32,645 nucleotides of DNA from Octopus bimaculoides (lineage: Eukaryota): the NCBI RefSeq assembly GCF_001194135.2, contig NC_068981.1, positions 115,035,320 to 115,067,964 of the forward strand, written 5' to 3'. This document shows, in pieces, positions 10,431 to 22,975 of this stretch (the stretch's first letter is position 1; each line of letters starts with the position of its first letter). The notes under the pieces were generated by a model. It worked only from the letters and a program-made list of their open reading frames with translations. It ran no database searches and was not told the origin of the DNA. The position numbers and the translations under genes were made by a program.

Positions 10431-11167
10431 CATCTTCTTTCAATTCTGTTTCCATTTATTGCTGAATGTCTTCCTGACACATAGGGCAGGGAAACTCACT
10501 GTATACATTGGTAGGTCATTAAAATAAACACTCCAGATTCTTCATTTACAAAGTCATATGACAGAGTAAAAGAGGAAGAAAGATAGAAAAAATAAAAAAA
10601 TAAAAAATTAAGTAAACAAAAAATAAAGGCAAAAAAAAAGGAAATAAAATTCACAGTGACAGTGCTCTTCTCAGTATGTGTGATGTACCAATTAAGACAA
10701 TCTTCTACACTTACTGCAAGGATGGTAAGCTAGGAATCATTCTTAGATAATTTTCAGTTCCTTTTTTGATCATTTCAAGTGCTCTTACAATCACTGGTAT
10801 TGTAACTGTCTTGAGATGCCACAGCTTTTTGATTTCGATTTGCAAATCTATATATTTTCTGAGCTTAAATTCTTTTGCCGAGATATTATGGTCACAGGGT
10901 ATGCTTATGTCAATCAATAAGAAACAGACTTTATTGTTTTGGTCTTTCACAACAATATCTGATTTATTTGCTGTGATGCTCTGTTCTGTACATACTGAAA
11001 AGTCCCAAAGAATCATTATATTTTCTCCCTCAGTTACAGCCTTAGGGTGGTGCTTGTTCTGTTTGTCAGCAGATTTGATTTTATAATCCTGACACATTAT
11101 CCAATGTAGATAGTGACCAACTCTATCATGTCTTGTTTTATATTCTACAGGTGCTAAAACCTTATAC
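10431..11167 (-). mobile_element. 5'-truncated R4/Dong-like non-LTR retrotransposon (restriction-like endonuclease domain)
   Basis: EYKTRHDRVGHYLHW, ILWDFSV, ANKSDIVVKD, LIDISIP, KYIDLQIEI and terminal KIVLIGTSHILRRALSL* (stop at about 10651). Flanked on both sides by (ATT/TAA)n. Confidence 0.85.
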
Positions 11168-11189
11168 ATTATTATAATTATTATTATTT

Positions 11190-12470
11190 GGCAGGCTCAA
11201 ATATGGCAAAGCCATTGGGGAGGATGAAATTTAGCCTGAGATATTAAAAGTTTTAAATAGAGAAATTTTTCTCAGGCTGATTTGTGTATTCTGGACAACT
11301 TGGTCTGGAGAGACACAAAAGCAATTTCTTTCCAGAATGATTAATCACAGTTTTTAAAAAGGGAAACAAGAGAAAGTTTTTTAATTATAGAGGAATCTCC
11401 TTGCTGAGCCTTCCTAGTAACATCTACACTAGGTGTCTCGAATGTAACTGTGTTGTCTTGATGTTCTGAGTTCTAATTCTGCAGAAGTTTGAGATTAGTG
11501 GTCAACTTTTGGTTGCCATGAAGTCTCTATATGGTTGCTATGATGTTGGTGTTTAAGTGATGCTAAGTTGAAACCTTTCAATACGGATGTTGGACATCAG
11601 TAGAGGGACGTATTGTTGCCTCTTCTTTTTATAACATTTATAAATTAGATTGATATGCACAATTGTTGTAGAAGTGGTATCACAATCAGCGAGTGTAAGA
11701 TTGGTCAGCTGATATTTGCAGACAACATGGTACTACCTGGCTCATTTGAAGGTGATCTCCAGCATGCACCGAATGGATTAGCGGTAGTGTTGTGAAGACT
11801 GATACATTGTTCCTCTCAAGAAAGTCTTCCTGGAAGCTTAAGAATCTCTGAGCTGTATTCATGATTGATGGGAAGCAGGAAGCTGAACTGGATGCTAGAA
11901 TTGCAGGTGCAGGCACAATAGTGGACCAGCTTCAGAATTCTATCCACAGAAAAGGAGAGAAACTTGTTCTCTTCAATTTGGTTTTCATACCTATCCTCAC
12001 CTATGGCTCTGAATATTTGGTAACGATTGAAAACATACAACTAGGAATACATGTGACAGGAATAGGGTTCTTCCAAAGGATCTCTGGAATAACATTACTT
12101 GACAGGGAGTGTATCTTAGAGATCAGAGAGTCTCTCCAGGCCAAGCCATTACTCTGCATTGAGGGGTCACTGCTCCCATACTACGAATATGCCATTAGAG
12201 TATCGAAGGAAAGAATTGCAAGACAGACTCTTCAAACTGAGCCAACTGATTGGAGACTTAGAGGTCAACTATGAATGAGATTGTTGGATAATATACATAG
12301 TCTCAGTTGATCATGCTTAGGAATCCAGCCAGAAAGGTTTATGACAGTTGCTTTTGATAAGATTCTATAGAGGAAGCTGCCTGAGAACTCTACCCACTAC
12401 TACTACTACTACTACTACTCTCCCAGGAACAGTGGGCAAAATAAGTGGATTGTTGAAAGAAAGAATTATT
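11190..12470 (+). mobile_element. Degenerate RTE-clade (Rex3/Expander-like) LINE, RT and C-terminal region
   Basis: LKYGKAIGEDEI, FKKGNK..NYRGISLLSLP, IFADN (YADD site), FIPILTYGSE and IRESLQAKPLL; many stops and frameshifts. Confidence 0.85.
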
Positions 12471-12629
12471 GGATTGCTACACTAAATACCTCATAGTATT
12501 TGTTCTAGTTCTTTAGATTGTGAGTTTAAATCATGCAGAGATTAATTTTACCATTCATCTTTCATGAGATTGATGAAGTACATGTCAAATGCCGGGCTTC
12601 ATAGAATCAACTGATCCCTTGTCAGAATA

Positions 12630-12838
12630 AATAGTAGAATTAACAGTGTTGAACAAGGTGCATTGTGTTTAGTCTCATTCTTTTATATTCTGAGTTCAAA
12701 TTCTGTTGGTGTTGATTGCTTTCATCCTTCTGAGATTAATAAAATATGTACTAGTCAAGTACTGGAGGCAATCAAATCAATTGTATTTATCCTCAAAAGT
12801 GTTTGGCTTTATACCTATGTTAGATATCATTATTATTA
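12630..12838 (+). mobile_element. SINE (8047 family), degenerate
   Basis: GAGTTCAAATTCTGTTGG..CTTTCATCCTTCTGAGATTAATAAAATATGTACTAGTCAAGTACTGG; (ATT)n tail. A more decayed copy may lie at about 12480-12625. Confidence 0.7.
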
Positions 12839-12990
12839 AGGTAGCGAGCTAACAAAATGCTTAACCGCATTTCTTCTGGCTCTTAATATTCTGAGTTCAA
12901 ATTCTACTGTGGTTGATTTTGCCTTTCATCCTTTCAGAGACAGTAAAATAAAGTACTAGTTGAGCACTGAGGTTGATGTGACTGTGTGGA
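12839..12990 (+). mobile_element. SINE (8047 family), 3'-truncated
   Basis: GAGTTCAAATTCTACTGTGGTTGATTTTGCCTTTCATCCTTTCAG..AAGTACTAGTTGAGCACTG. Confidence 0.75.
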
Positions 12991-12995
12991 TTAAT

Positions 12996-13115
12996 GAATG
13001 AAAAAGGCACTCAATTTTGAGGAGTTACATGTATCACTATTTAAAACAGTTTCATTTGACTCCCTGCAACTTTAAGTTTCTTGAGCTTGTAACAGAAAGC
13101 CATCTTAGTTTACTA
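12996..13115. mobile_element. Terminal arm fragment of the fold-back MITE at 1946-2521
   Basis: GAATGAAAAAGGCACTCA..AGGAGTTACATGTAT.ACTATTTAAAACAGTTTCAT matches the reverse complement of about 2380-2510. Confidence 0.85.
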
Positions 13116-13637
13116 CATGAAGAGTCTGAGGCCGTGTGGAATGATGAATGGAGGCATAACATTGCCATCACTTGTGATCATTCCAAACACCATGATATTG
13201 ACTGGATGTTTTATTTTCATCACTCTTGGTACATGTTTTGGGGTTGGAGGGCTCATAGTCAATCATGGCCTGGACCTCACCAACAAACTCAGGAGTTCTT
13301 TTCTTATCAGAATGATCAGAGTGAGTTTTCCGAGTTGCTGTATCTTTGTAATCACTATTAGACTCATCCAACTCTTTCCAAATCCTTTGTACTATCCTTA
13401 GATTGACACCCAAACATCCTGAAATGTTCGTATTGGAGCTTCCGACATGAATTCCAAACAGTACAGCATGTCATTTCCAAATTTCTGACAGAGTGAATTG
13501 CATCATAGTGCTGTTTTTCTCACAGACAGTGCTTGACTGACTCTACTATACTGTGTAGTCTACAAAATCAAAAACAAACTATGCACATGTGTGAAATTAA
13601 AAATATAACATGGTGAAAATTTACCCATCACACTCTG
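13116..13637 (-). mobile_element. DD37D/maT-like transposon, internally deleted, 5' end intact
   Basis: TA|CAGAGTGTGATGGGTAAATT TIR; N-terminal MMQFTLSEIWK*HAVLFG..GVNLRIVQRIWKELD..KKRTPEFV fused to the KHPVNIMVFG segment homologous to 3040-3160. Confidence 0.85.
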
Positions 13638-14196
13638 TATGTTGCCACATCTTCTAAGTCCTCTACAAGTGTGAGAACTAAAAAGTTGTTAAAAAGTTAC
13701 TTTTGTTTATATTTTGCAGTAATAATGCCCATGCCTTCCATACTTTTACTACCCATTTGGTCACATCTTAACAGCAATGTATTCAGCCTTAATATTTTAC
13801 TGTTATTTTGCCTATGGACAGTCTTTCTGTGGTTTATAATAGGACTTAAATGCCCTATGTATAGTGTCAAGAAGGGGACTTAAAATAAGACTTAGGACTG
13901 CTAGGGTCATATTTAAGAAAATAAGCTTTTAAAATCCTGTTTCAATTTTTTTACTTGGTAATCAGAATTATAGCATTCTCACTTTCACTCTTTCACTATC
14001 AGAGCCAATTCCTCTGCCAAAATCAGAACTATTCCAATTTGGAGTTCATCATGTGGTTATCAAGCTTATTGGCTCTTTCATTTTCAACTGCTGCATCTTA
14101 CTTTGAAATCCGATTCAGAATTGCTACTACAGAAACTAAAGCTGGTATCCATTTTACAAAAAGGTACAACGTTGTAGAAAGGATTGAACGAGTATG

Positions 14197-14198
14197 AA

Positions 14199-14255
<57 letters not shown>
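14197..14255. repeat. (TG)n(TA)n microsatellite
   Basis: Direct read. Confidence 0.95.
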
Positions 14256-14258
<3 letters not shown>

Positions 14259-14699
14259 TCACATGTGTTCACATGACCGACCAGACTATCAGACATTGTT
14301 ACACATCGCTGGTCACCATATATGTAAGGTGAAACAAATATGGTGAATGAATATCCGTAATATTTGAACACTAAATTCCCATCATAAAAACATTGGAATC
14401 TGTACAACTGTTTATTATGGAATTGTATATATTCACTAATACAATAATAAAATCTATGTCAGAATTTTGTTATAGATATGAAGAGATATCTTCAACCAAT
14501 CTCAATTGTGTTGGTAACAAAAGGCTTAAAGTGTTATGTTTAGTTTTACAGATATTGAAAACTTAACTTTTATGATGTTGATGTCTATTCTGTTTGAGTT
14601 AACCTAAGGTATAAATAGAACCAAAACATTTTGAAGTCACTCAAAGGGTTTTGTAGACCTTGTTAAGAGTTCTTGGTCATAGGGACAATTTTTGGATTG

Positions 14700-14920
14700 G
14701 GTGGTGCATTCTGTCCTTGAGCAAGGCACTTCAATTCATGTTACTCCAATCTATTCGACTATAATGAATACCAATTAAGTACTTCTCTAGCTGTCAAATC
14801 CTGGATGTTCCATTTGACCATGGGTGGGAGGGCCGAGAAGTCTCATACTTGCATCTGAGTGGTAACTAACTGAACTGGTTGCTTGTTCTGAGATCATGCA
14901 AAGAAAATACTGTAGTCAGG
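14700..14920 (+). mobile_element. Degenerate CORE-type SINE fragment
   Basis: CTGTCCTTGAGCAAGGCACTTCAATTCATGTTACTCC resembles the core at about 750-790 (minus). Confidence 0.55.
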
Positions 14921-15158
14921 GCTATTTTGCCAACAAATCTGATTTTGTATCATTGCTCATTCTGATGGTGGTGGCAGTGGTGTTTTTTGTGTAGCTCCAT
15001 ATCAATCTTGTTCAGACAGACTATGATCAAAGAATCCCAACATGGCCATCCCATTTATATTTAGGGATTGTCTATACCAAAATACACTATCCAATGTAAA
15101 ACAGTAGTGTAAAAATAATCTTGTGAGCTCTAGTGTTGATCACAGAAGGAGTTAGGTT

Positions 15159-15826
15159 AGTGTCAGGAGCAATTTTAGAAGAATGGAAAAAATTAAATAC
15201 CATTTCTAAGACGTGTATCTTTATGAATCAGCCAAATGGCATGCTTTTAGTTAACTATGTGATAGTTAAAATACTTCTTGGATTCACTAGTAGATGGCTT
15301 TCCACCATAAAATTAAATCAGATGCCAGTTATTATATTTAAGTATATATTGTGTTTTAGTTAGTTAGGAGAAGAGAACATAATACACTGCCAGTTAAACA
15401 CCTGCAGCAGGACCTCAGTGTTTTTACTAGGGGTCACTCTGTTACAAGTATTTGGATCACATTCCCCAGTTCCTTTTCCTGCAGATATTCAAGCTGAATT
15501 AGAGCTGCATCAGCTTTGCAGTGGTCATGGACTCTGTCTCTCCTCCTCTAATTATATTATTTAAAAAATGCCATGATCTGGTTGAATTGATTCATGTAAA
15601 AAAAAAAAATGGAGCAGCTCTGAAGAGGATTGTGCAGTAAAGTATTTAATGTAATATTTGGGATGAGGTACAGTAAAGATAAATAGAAAAGGAAAGATTA
15701 GTAGCAGTGGTATGCAACTTCCTTAGATGTGAGTGTCAGGAGCAATTTTAGAGGAATGGAAAAAATGAAATAGCACTTCTAAGACATGTGTATCGTTATG
15801 AATCAGCCAAATAGCATGCTTTTAGT
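15159..15826 (+). repeat. Dispersed direct repeat of about 93 bp (15159-15251 and 15732-15826)
   Basis: About 90% identity by eye; flanks are unrelated. Confidence 0.9.
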
Positions 15827-17849
15827 CAAGGATGTTTATGTAAGAGCAACACTATCCTAGATATGTGAGCAATACTGCGATATGGGACTTACTTGAACTT
15901 TGTACATGGTTAGCAACTCTGTCTTCATTCTTAAAAAAAACAAACAAAAATCTATGAAGCCTTATGCCTGGTCAAAAGAAAGTGGATGTGCTATTCAACT
16001 AGCTGATTAATTGGAGCATCATTGGAGCAGAATTTGATGAATTGAAGATGGAAAAGGCAGAGTGAGGAGATAGCATGTTTGATAAAATGTTAATAAAAGT
16101 GAGCTAGTCTTTGGCCATCTGTCAGATGGATTCTTTTGGTTGTGATAATGTTCATGTGTGTAGTGGCAGCATTGCTGCAACTGTAGATGTTACCTAAGAT
16201 TAATAGGAGAGTGTTGACAATTTATCGGAACTGAAATATTAGAACCGGCTCTGAAGTGGGAGGCTTGACTTAATAATTCTGTTTTAACTCTGTTGTGTAC
16301 ACAGGCTCACCAGGAAAGATAATCAGACATTATGAAAGTGAAGCTTTGTAAAAAAATTTTGATGTACACAACTGAGGGGATGAGATACAAGATTGTTTTT
16401 TTGATTTTCACAAAGATTCTCTTTATGCTTGACCCATCCATTCTAGTACATTTATTGTTTTGTAGCTTAATCTTACTTATTATAGAATGGCTAAGGCTAT
16501 AAAAGGTATAACCTAGTATTCCAGCATTGTGAAGACTGATATAAAATGAAATATGTATAAATGAATAAAATAGATAAGTAATGCTGCAGTGGATTTCAAA
16601 TAGTTCTGCTAACATTAGTTATATCTTTGATGTAAATAAGTTTGCTGGTGTAAGGTGTATTAAATAACTGCTACCATATATTTTTGCTTTAACCATGCAG
16701 CTGTTATATGTTGCAAGAAAGAAAATATACAAATGAAAAAGATAATAGTTTTGTTCCCTTTTTTTTTGCTTTTATCTTCCAATAGTATTTATTTATAATT
16801 GTCCATAAACATGCCGTAACATTTAAAAGCTTCTTCACTTGCAAAATACAAAGTATCTCATATTTCATTACAAATATCAGTCAAAATTATATACTGAAAG
16901 TTGTTTGTGTTTTAGCTTGCACCATTTTCATAAGCACTAGGAATGTAGGCTAGAGTTCTATTTCACAGGTGTGTTAATATTACATAGGGTAATTTCTTTG
17001 CTTTTACTTATGCAATACTAGGAAATGTTAATATTAGTACATGAATTGTTGGGGCTTTTTTGACACTTAACATTTAATTATGAAATTGGGAGTGACAGCC
17101 ATTTTCATCTTAGGGGATTTGAACTAACAATCTTCTTGCTTCACCTTTTAAATTTCATAGTTTTATGTAATTTAGAGCCATTAAAAATAAAAAATATAGC
17201 TGTTATCCTAGATGATATTGCAAAACTTATTTTATTTTCTTGTGGCCTATATTTTATTTAAATACATTTTTTTTGTGTAAGACATGTGTTTGGGAAGCAA
17301 ACTTCTTAAGCACTTAACGATACCTGCTCCTAACTTAAAAGTGATTATTGGTGATGCTTTTTATTGGTATTACTATTCAGCTATTAATGGTAACTTGTAT
17401 TGCCATTTCAGAAGCATAGTTTGACTGAAACTGATGTTTGTAACCAATTAGAATATAATTACTATATTTAATTAGGCACAGTATGGCCACAGCCTTTGGA
17501 TTGAAACACATAAAAGAATAAAAACATTTTTTCTGTAATATATTATTAATATTTGTTCATATTGTTTCTGTGTTGCTCCTAAAGTTATTCCACTTCAGTT
17601 ACCAAAATACTCTTGGCAAAGCATGAATTTCACACAAAACATTTCCTTTTTGTCTCCTTTAAAAATGTGTAAGAAATTTTCTTGTGGATCTCTTGGTGTC
17701 AACAGTTTTCAGTTGCATTGTTTCTATAAAAAAGGGGATTATTTAGAAATATACTCATAACTTGAAAACCAGCTGACTATAGCTTTGAAGATACATTGTT
17801 TTCTTTTTTATTATTTTTTTTTGGTGGTGGGTGAGTTGGGATTGAACTG

Positions 17850-18170
17850 AGATGGTCTTAGTGCCATTGAAATCACTAGCCATGATAATAAGGTTATTGT
17901 CACTCATCATCAAAGTAATCTGCAAAAGGGCCTCAAAGAATTGGCCCTTCTGTTCATCTGTCAGTTCAGATTGTAGAACATGTGCAGAGGTAAAAGTCAT
18001 TGTTAGATTATCCAAGGTTAGTCTTATCTTAGCTATTTTTATCTAACACTGACCATCTCGATTACTTTATCAGCCCATTTCTGTGCCAGTTGTATGGCTG
18101 CAGTAGTTTCACCATCACTGCAGCCTACCACAAGAATTTGTATATCTGAGTCGTTGTATATCGGAGAGGT
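17850..18170 (-). pseudogene. RTE LINE apurinic endonuclease fragment
   Basis: KWADKVIEMVSV, LDNLTMTFTSAHVLQSELTDEQKGQFFEAL and LIIMASDFNG match the APE motifs SAYAPQ and GDFNGH. Confidence 0.8.
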
Positions 18171-18184
18171 TAAGAAGGGCTGTA

Positions 18185-18288
18185 TAAACTCTGCCAAATC
18201 AAATTGGAGCCTGGTGTAGCCATCTGGTTCACCAGTCCTCAGTCAAATCGCTAGCATGGAAAGCGGACGTTAAATGATGATGATGATG
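18185..18288 (+). mobile_element. Very short 5'-truncated RTE 3' end with (GAT)n tail
   Basis: AAACTCTGCCAAATCAAATTGGAGCCTGGTG...GCTAGCATGGAAAGCGGACGTTAAATGATGATGATG; reverse complement of 19876-20000. Confidence 0.88.
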
Positions 18289-19875
18289 TTCCTTGACCAA
18301 AAGGAGTCTAGCTGTGGCTTTCTTCCATCTTACGTCTAGCACATAGCATGCATCTACATGCATTTGCTCCAGAGCAATGTACAACTTGCTAAATCAGATA
18401 TTTGGTCTTTGCCATTCAACTACTGCACTCTTATTCTCCTAAGATGGATTTACTTTAATCAGTGATACTAAAAGTATTTTGAAAAGATCAATAGACATTT
18501 CATAGATCTTTTTTGCAATCCTTCCACAAGAGTTGAGAAAGTGTAGAAGACCTACTGCAGCACCATGTCTTTCAAGCAATGAATTATAATCCTAACATAG
18601 AAGAAGTGAAAATTGTCAAGCAATTGTTTATTTTGCGAAGCCATGTGTTTTTATGAATGTAAGTAATGAGAACTGCATAGAAGTTATTCGAATTTATAAA
18701 ATTTTTTGTTTCTGGTTGGTTTTGGGCATGTTAATAATATATACCAGAAAATTTTTGGCTGTTTCAGGCTGGCTATTAATGAAAGGGCTAATTCCATTTT
18801 ATACAACATCATTGATTTTAGTTATATAAACTGATATTTTTGAAATATTTAAAATTGGCTGTATTTTGAGAATGTCGGGCTCAGAATGAAAGGTGCCCAT
18901 AATTTTAAAACATCATGGTTCTAACATTTGTTTGTTAGTTAATGTGAGACTCTCTACTGTATAGACATGCAAATTAAAATGTTCTTGTCTAATCAGTGTG
19001 AAGAAAGCATCTTTAATTGTATTTGAAACAAATTTTAGCTTTATATTTAGTTAAGATATCAGAAATAGTCCAACTGAACTAGAACTTTAAAAAAAAGGCC
19101 TAAATTTTGTTTTCATTTAATGGTGCAAATTTGTTTGCGAAAATGTGTTTCTATTTTTTTTTTTTTGTTTAAATTTCCTGTTTTTTTTTAAAAGTTTTTT
19201 TTTAAAAATTCAGTTTGACTTTAAGTAAGCTGTGCTGTTGAATCATTTTGCTTCTGTCTCTCTATGCTAGAATGTGGTGGATGGGTGTAACACATACAGC
19301 AACAGAAAAGTGGTCAATTCTTGTACTGTGTATTTCATATGGTGTGGACTGGGTGTGCGCTATCATGCCACAGACACTAGAAAAGCTGTTTCACAGGATG
19401 AGGTCTAAATCCTGGCCCCTCTACCTTTTGTTTTTAATTGAAGTTATTTCTCTCCCAGACAGGTAATCTGTAATGCAACTTGTAGAGTTCATGTTTTGCA
19501 TGATCCACCTCAGCATGTTTTCTATGGTTGATTGTCCCTCCTATTGCTAACCACTTCATAGAGTGTACTGGATGCTACTGTGTCAACAGGCACAGGTGAA
19601 GTTGTGCCATATGGAAAGCACTACAGACTTCCTCTCTAACTAGTATAAATCCTAATTTAGAATTACTGCTCTCCTACACAGGTAACTAGCCTGCAATGCA
19701 GGCAGTCAAACTGATGTAATCATCACTACAGAAAGAATTATATATGATTTTATTAAATGTTCTGTTTAACTTTGAGATGTTCAGTAGTTAATGACAATGC
19801 CTTGGTAAGAAAAAGTCTCTTAACAAGCTTTGTCATACACTATAGACACAATGATTGGGATCATATCGTATTACT

Positions 19876-20690
19876 CATCATCATCATCCTCATCGTTTAG
19901 CGTCCGCTTTCCATGCTAGCATGGGTTGGACCATTTGACTGAGGACTGGTGAAACCGGATGGCAACACCAGGCTCCAATCTAATTTGGCAGAGTTTCTAC
20001 AGCTGGATGCCCTTCCTAACACCAACCACTCAGAGAGTGTAGTGGGTGCTTTTACGTGTCACCCGCACGAAAACGGCCACGCTCGAAATGGTGTCTTTTA
20101 TGTGCCACCCGCACAAGCCAGTCCAGGGGCACTGGCAACGATCTCACTCGAAAATCCTACGGGAGCCAGTCAGGCGGTACTGGCAACGGCCACGCTCAAA
20201 ATGGTGCATCTCATGTGCCACCCGCACAAGAGCCAGTCCNNNNNNNNNNNNNNNNNNNNNNNNNNNNNNNNNNNNNNNNNNNNNNNNNNNNNNNNNNNNN
20301 NNNNNNNNNNNNNNNNNNNNNNNNNNNNNNNNNNNNNNNNNNNNNNNNNNNNNNNNNNNNNNNNNNNNCGAAGGTCTTGCCTCACCACCTCAGCCCAGGT
20401 CTTCCTGGGCCTACCTCTTCCACGGGTTCCCTCAACTGTTAGGGTGTGGCACTTTTTCACGCAGCTATCCTCATCCATTCTCACCACATGTCCATACCAG
20501 CGCAATCGTCTCTCTTGCACACCACAACTGATGCTTCTAATGTTCAGCTTTTCTCTCAAGATACTTACACTCTGGCGGGTATTCACATTGACATTACACA
20601 TCCAACGGAGCATACTGGCTTCATTCCTTGCAAGCTTACGTATGTCCTCAGCAGTTACAGCCCATGTTTCACTGCCATTACTGGCTTGAA
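19876..20690 (-). mobile_element. 5'-truncated RTE LINE (ORF C-terminus, 3'UTR minisatellite, (GAT)n tail); gap inside
   Basis: GSETWAVTAED..MLRWMCNV..QERRLRWYGHVVRMDED..GRGRPRKTW is typical of the RTE C-terminus. Confidence 0.92.
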
Positions 20691-21529
20691 TAAATATTTT
20701 GTGTTTGAAATAATTAAATTGTGTATGAATGGTGAACCTTAAATGTGTTTTTTTTCTGTTAAGTATTGGATTAAATTTTATCCTCTGCTTTAATCAGGAA
20801 TTGGTTTATTTGAAATAGGTTTCTTCTATGCTGAGTGTTTGTTAATAAAGTATAACAGAGGTCATTAATATTTAAATTTGTGAAATGAGTTATTGTAATA
20901 CTAATTCACATTTTCTTCTCTTATCAGCCTCATACTTCAGGACCTTAATATGTATATATCATATTGTTGGGATTTCAACTATGAACGTTTACTTCTGATA
21001 TAGGATTAAATATTGTCTGATACAGGTTAAACATTGTCCAGCAGTACAAAAAAAAATTTAAAAAAATAAAATACAGATGAAGTTATCTATTTCCTAGCCA
21101 TATTTGCAATAAAGTAAACTCTGATTCAGTAATTATGAAAATAGTAAAGAATTTAAATAAATTTTGTAGATTAACATTATCATTTATTGATGTTGTTGAA
21201 TAACTTTGGGTTTAGACTGATCAAACAGAGCTATGACTACAGCTTTTCTAGTTATGATCATCCCATGCTGTTATTTAAGGTATTTTGTACCATTGACTAC
21301 ACTATCCTATATGTCCTTGCTTAAGAGAGATTTATCTGCTCTTTCTAACTGATGAAGCATCCATTTAGAGCAGTGGTGAGGAGCCCTTGTCCACAGGTGA
21401 AAGTTTGCCTGCATCTAAAATTGAAACCATTTACTGATGAAGTCTCTGACAGTTCAAAAGTTCAACAAACAAACAAAAAAATGGTTTAAGCCTTTAAATC
21501 AAAACAGTAATTTCATATCATTCATATCA

Positions 21530-21960
21530 GTTGAATAACCTCTGAATTCCTAAAATTCATCCTTGGTACTAAAACAGCTCCTATGCTGATTTGGTTTATA
21601 TGCTGCTTTCCATGTTGACATAAGTTGGTGGTGGTAGTGGTGAGGGGTCTTCACAGTGCAAGTTCTTATTTTGAGTTACTGCATTCCTTGTTGGACTGAG
21701 GTTTCTGTGGCTGGAAGCCTTTCAACTATTTTACAAGAGTCTTGTGTGGGGTTTCTGCATCCTTCGGTAACCTGATGAACTCTTCTTTATCTGGATGATG
21801 TGTTATAGTGACATCAATGTGTTTGCTAGAAGGTTTCATATAGTGCATCTTCTTCAACTGAAGTCTAATCATACCGAAAACCAAAAAGTAATCCATATTA
21901 CAATCAGCATTCTGGAAGGAATGAGACATAAGCACATTCCCCAGCTGACAGATTATTGTG
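21530..21960 (-). pseudogene. RTE LINE endonuclease C-terminal fragment
   Basis: QLDLIIT..NVLMSHSFQNADCNMDYFLV resembles HQLD...RS...ADC.TDH.LV; cut by the mariner at 21962. Confidence 0.72.
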
Positions 21961-21961
21961 A

Positions 21962-22266
21962 TTATCAGGTCTAACTGCTGCCCCATGAAAGAGGGTTCGA
22001 GAGGCAAACATTATTCCAGTGACGAGGAAGTGAAAACTGCAGTGAAGAAGTGGCTCAAAGAACCACCAACAGAATTTTATGGAGCAGGGATACATGCTCT
22101 CATTCAAAAGTGGAACATTGTTATTGAGAGAAACGGTGGCTATGTTGAGAAGTAGGGATGTGATCCACAGAGGATCAGCTTCATTTTGATGTATGATGCA
22201 TATTCCTGTGTTGGTAATTATACCTGTCCTAAACAAAATGGCATTACTTTTTGACTCACCCTCGAT
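21962..22266 (+). mobile_element. Mariner 3' remnant
   Basis: RGKHYSSDEEVKTAVKKWLKE..FYGAGIHALIQKWNIVIERNGGYVEK*; 3' TIR-like TTACTTTTTGACTCACCCTCG. Confidence 0.85.
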
Positions 22267-22297
22267 GGTCTTGTTTATATAGATATAAAAAAATTTA

Positions 22298-22975
22298 TAT
22301 GAGGAGGTACTCAAAAGAAACCAGAATTTTGCAATGTTTATTCATTTAGTTTTATATGTTTACACTTTTATTGCCTCCAAAGTATTCTCCATTTGAAGCA
22401 ATGCATTGGTCCTGATGCGTTTCCCACTGTTCCAAGCAGTGCTGGAACTCTTGCGAAGTAATGCCACCATCATTTTTTTCTTCACCTCTTCCACATCTGC
22501 AAAATCAGTAGTACCAGCTTTGAAAAGAAAGTCTGGATCAACTTCCAACTATTCTTTCAGTTCATGACATGCATTCAGTCATGACTACTTTTGATCTTCC
22601 ATGAGCAAGCGAGGCACAAATTTTGCTGCAACTCTTTTCATTCGCAATTCCTTGATCAAAATTTGTTGGCAGGAGCTCCATGACCCACCAGTTATATCAA
22701 TAAGTTCATCAATTGTTCAGTGACAGTCCTCCAGGACCAGTTCATGAATTTTCATGATTCTTTCATTTGTTCGGGAGGTTGCCTGTCGCCCTGAATGAGG
22801 TTGGTCTTTATGTAACGAGTAACCATTCCTAAAGCATGAACACCACTTGTAAACCTCTGTTTTGCTCATGGCAGCAACCTTGTAAGCTCTGCCAGCATTT
22901 TCTCCAGCAAAAAATAAAATTTCATGGAAGCATGCTGTTCTTTCGTTTCAGCCAAAACAAAGATGCATCATGTGG
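22298..22975 (-). mobile_element. Internally deleted mariner transposon
   Basis: TIR TATGAGGAGGTACTCAAAAGAAACCAGAAT; LRMKRVAAKFVPRLL, FADVEEVKKK and N-terminal MKF..AMSKTEVYKW. Confidence 0.85.

Noticed and set aside
16307-16355. Terminal exon GSPGKIIRHYESEAL* after a good acceptor
   Set aside because: No recognisable homology and no linkable upstream exon
19949-20742. Long plus-strand ORFs (up to 246 aa)
   Set aside because: Antisense to the RTE ORF and 3'UTR, and they span an N gap
21436-21470. Additional hammerhead at CTGATGAAGTC
   Set aside because: No GAAA at the right distance and no stem I or III pairing; other CTGATGA hits (8054, 21348, 21779) fail likewise
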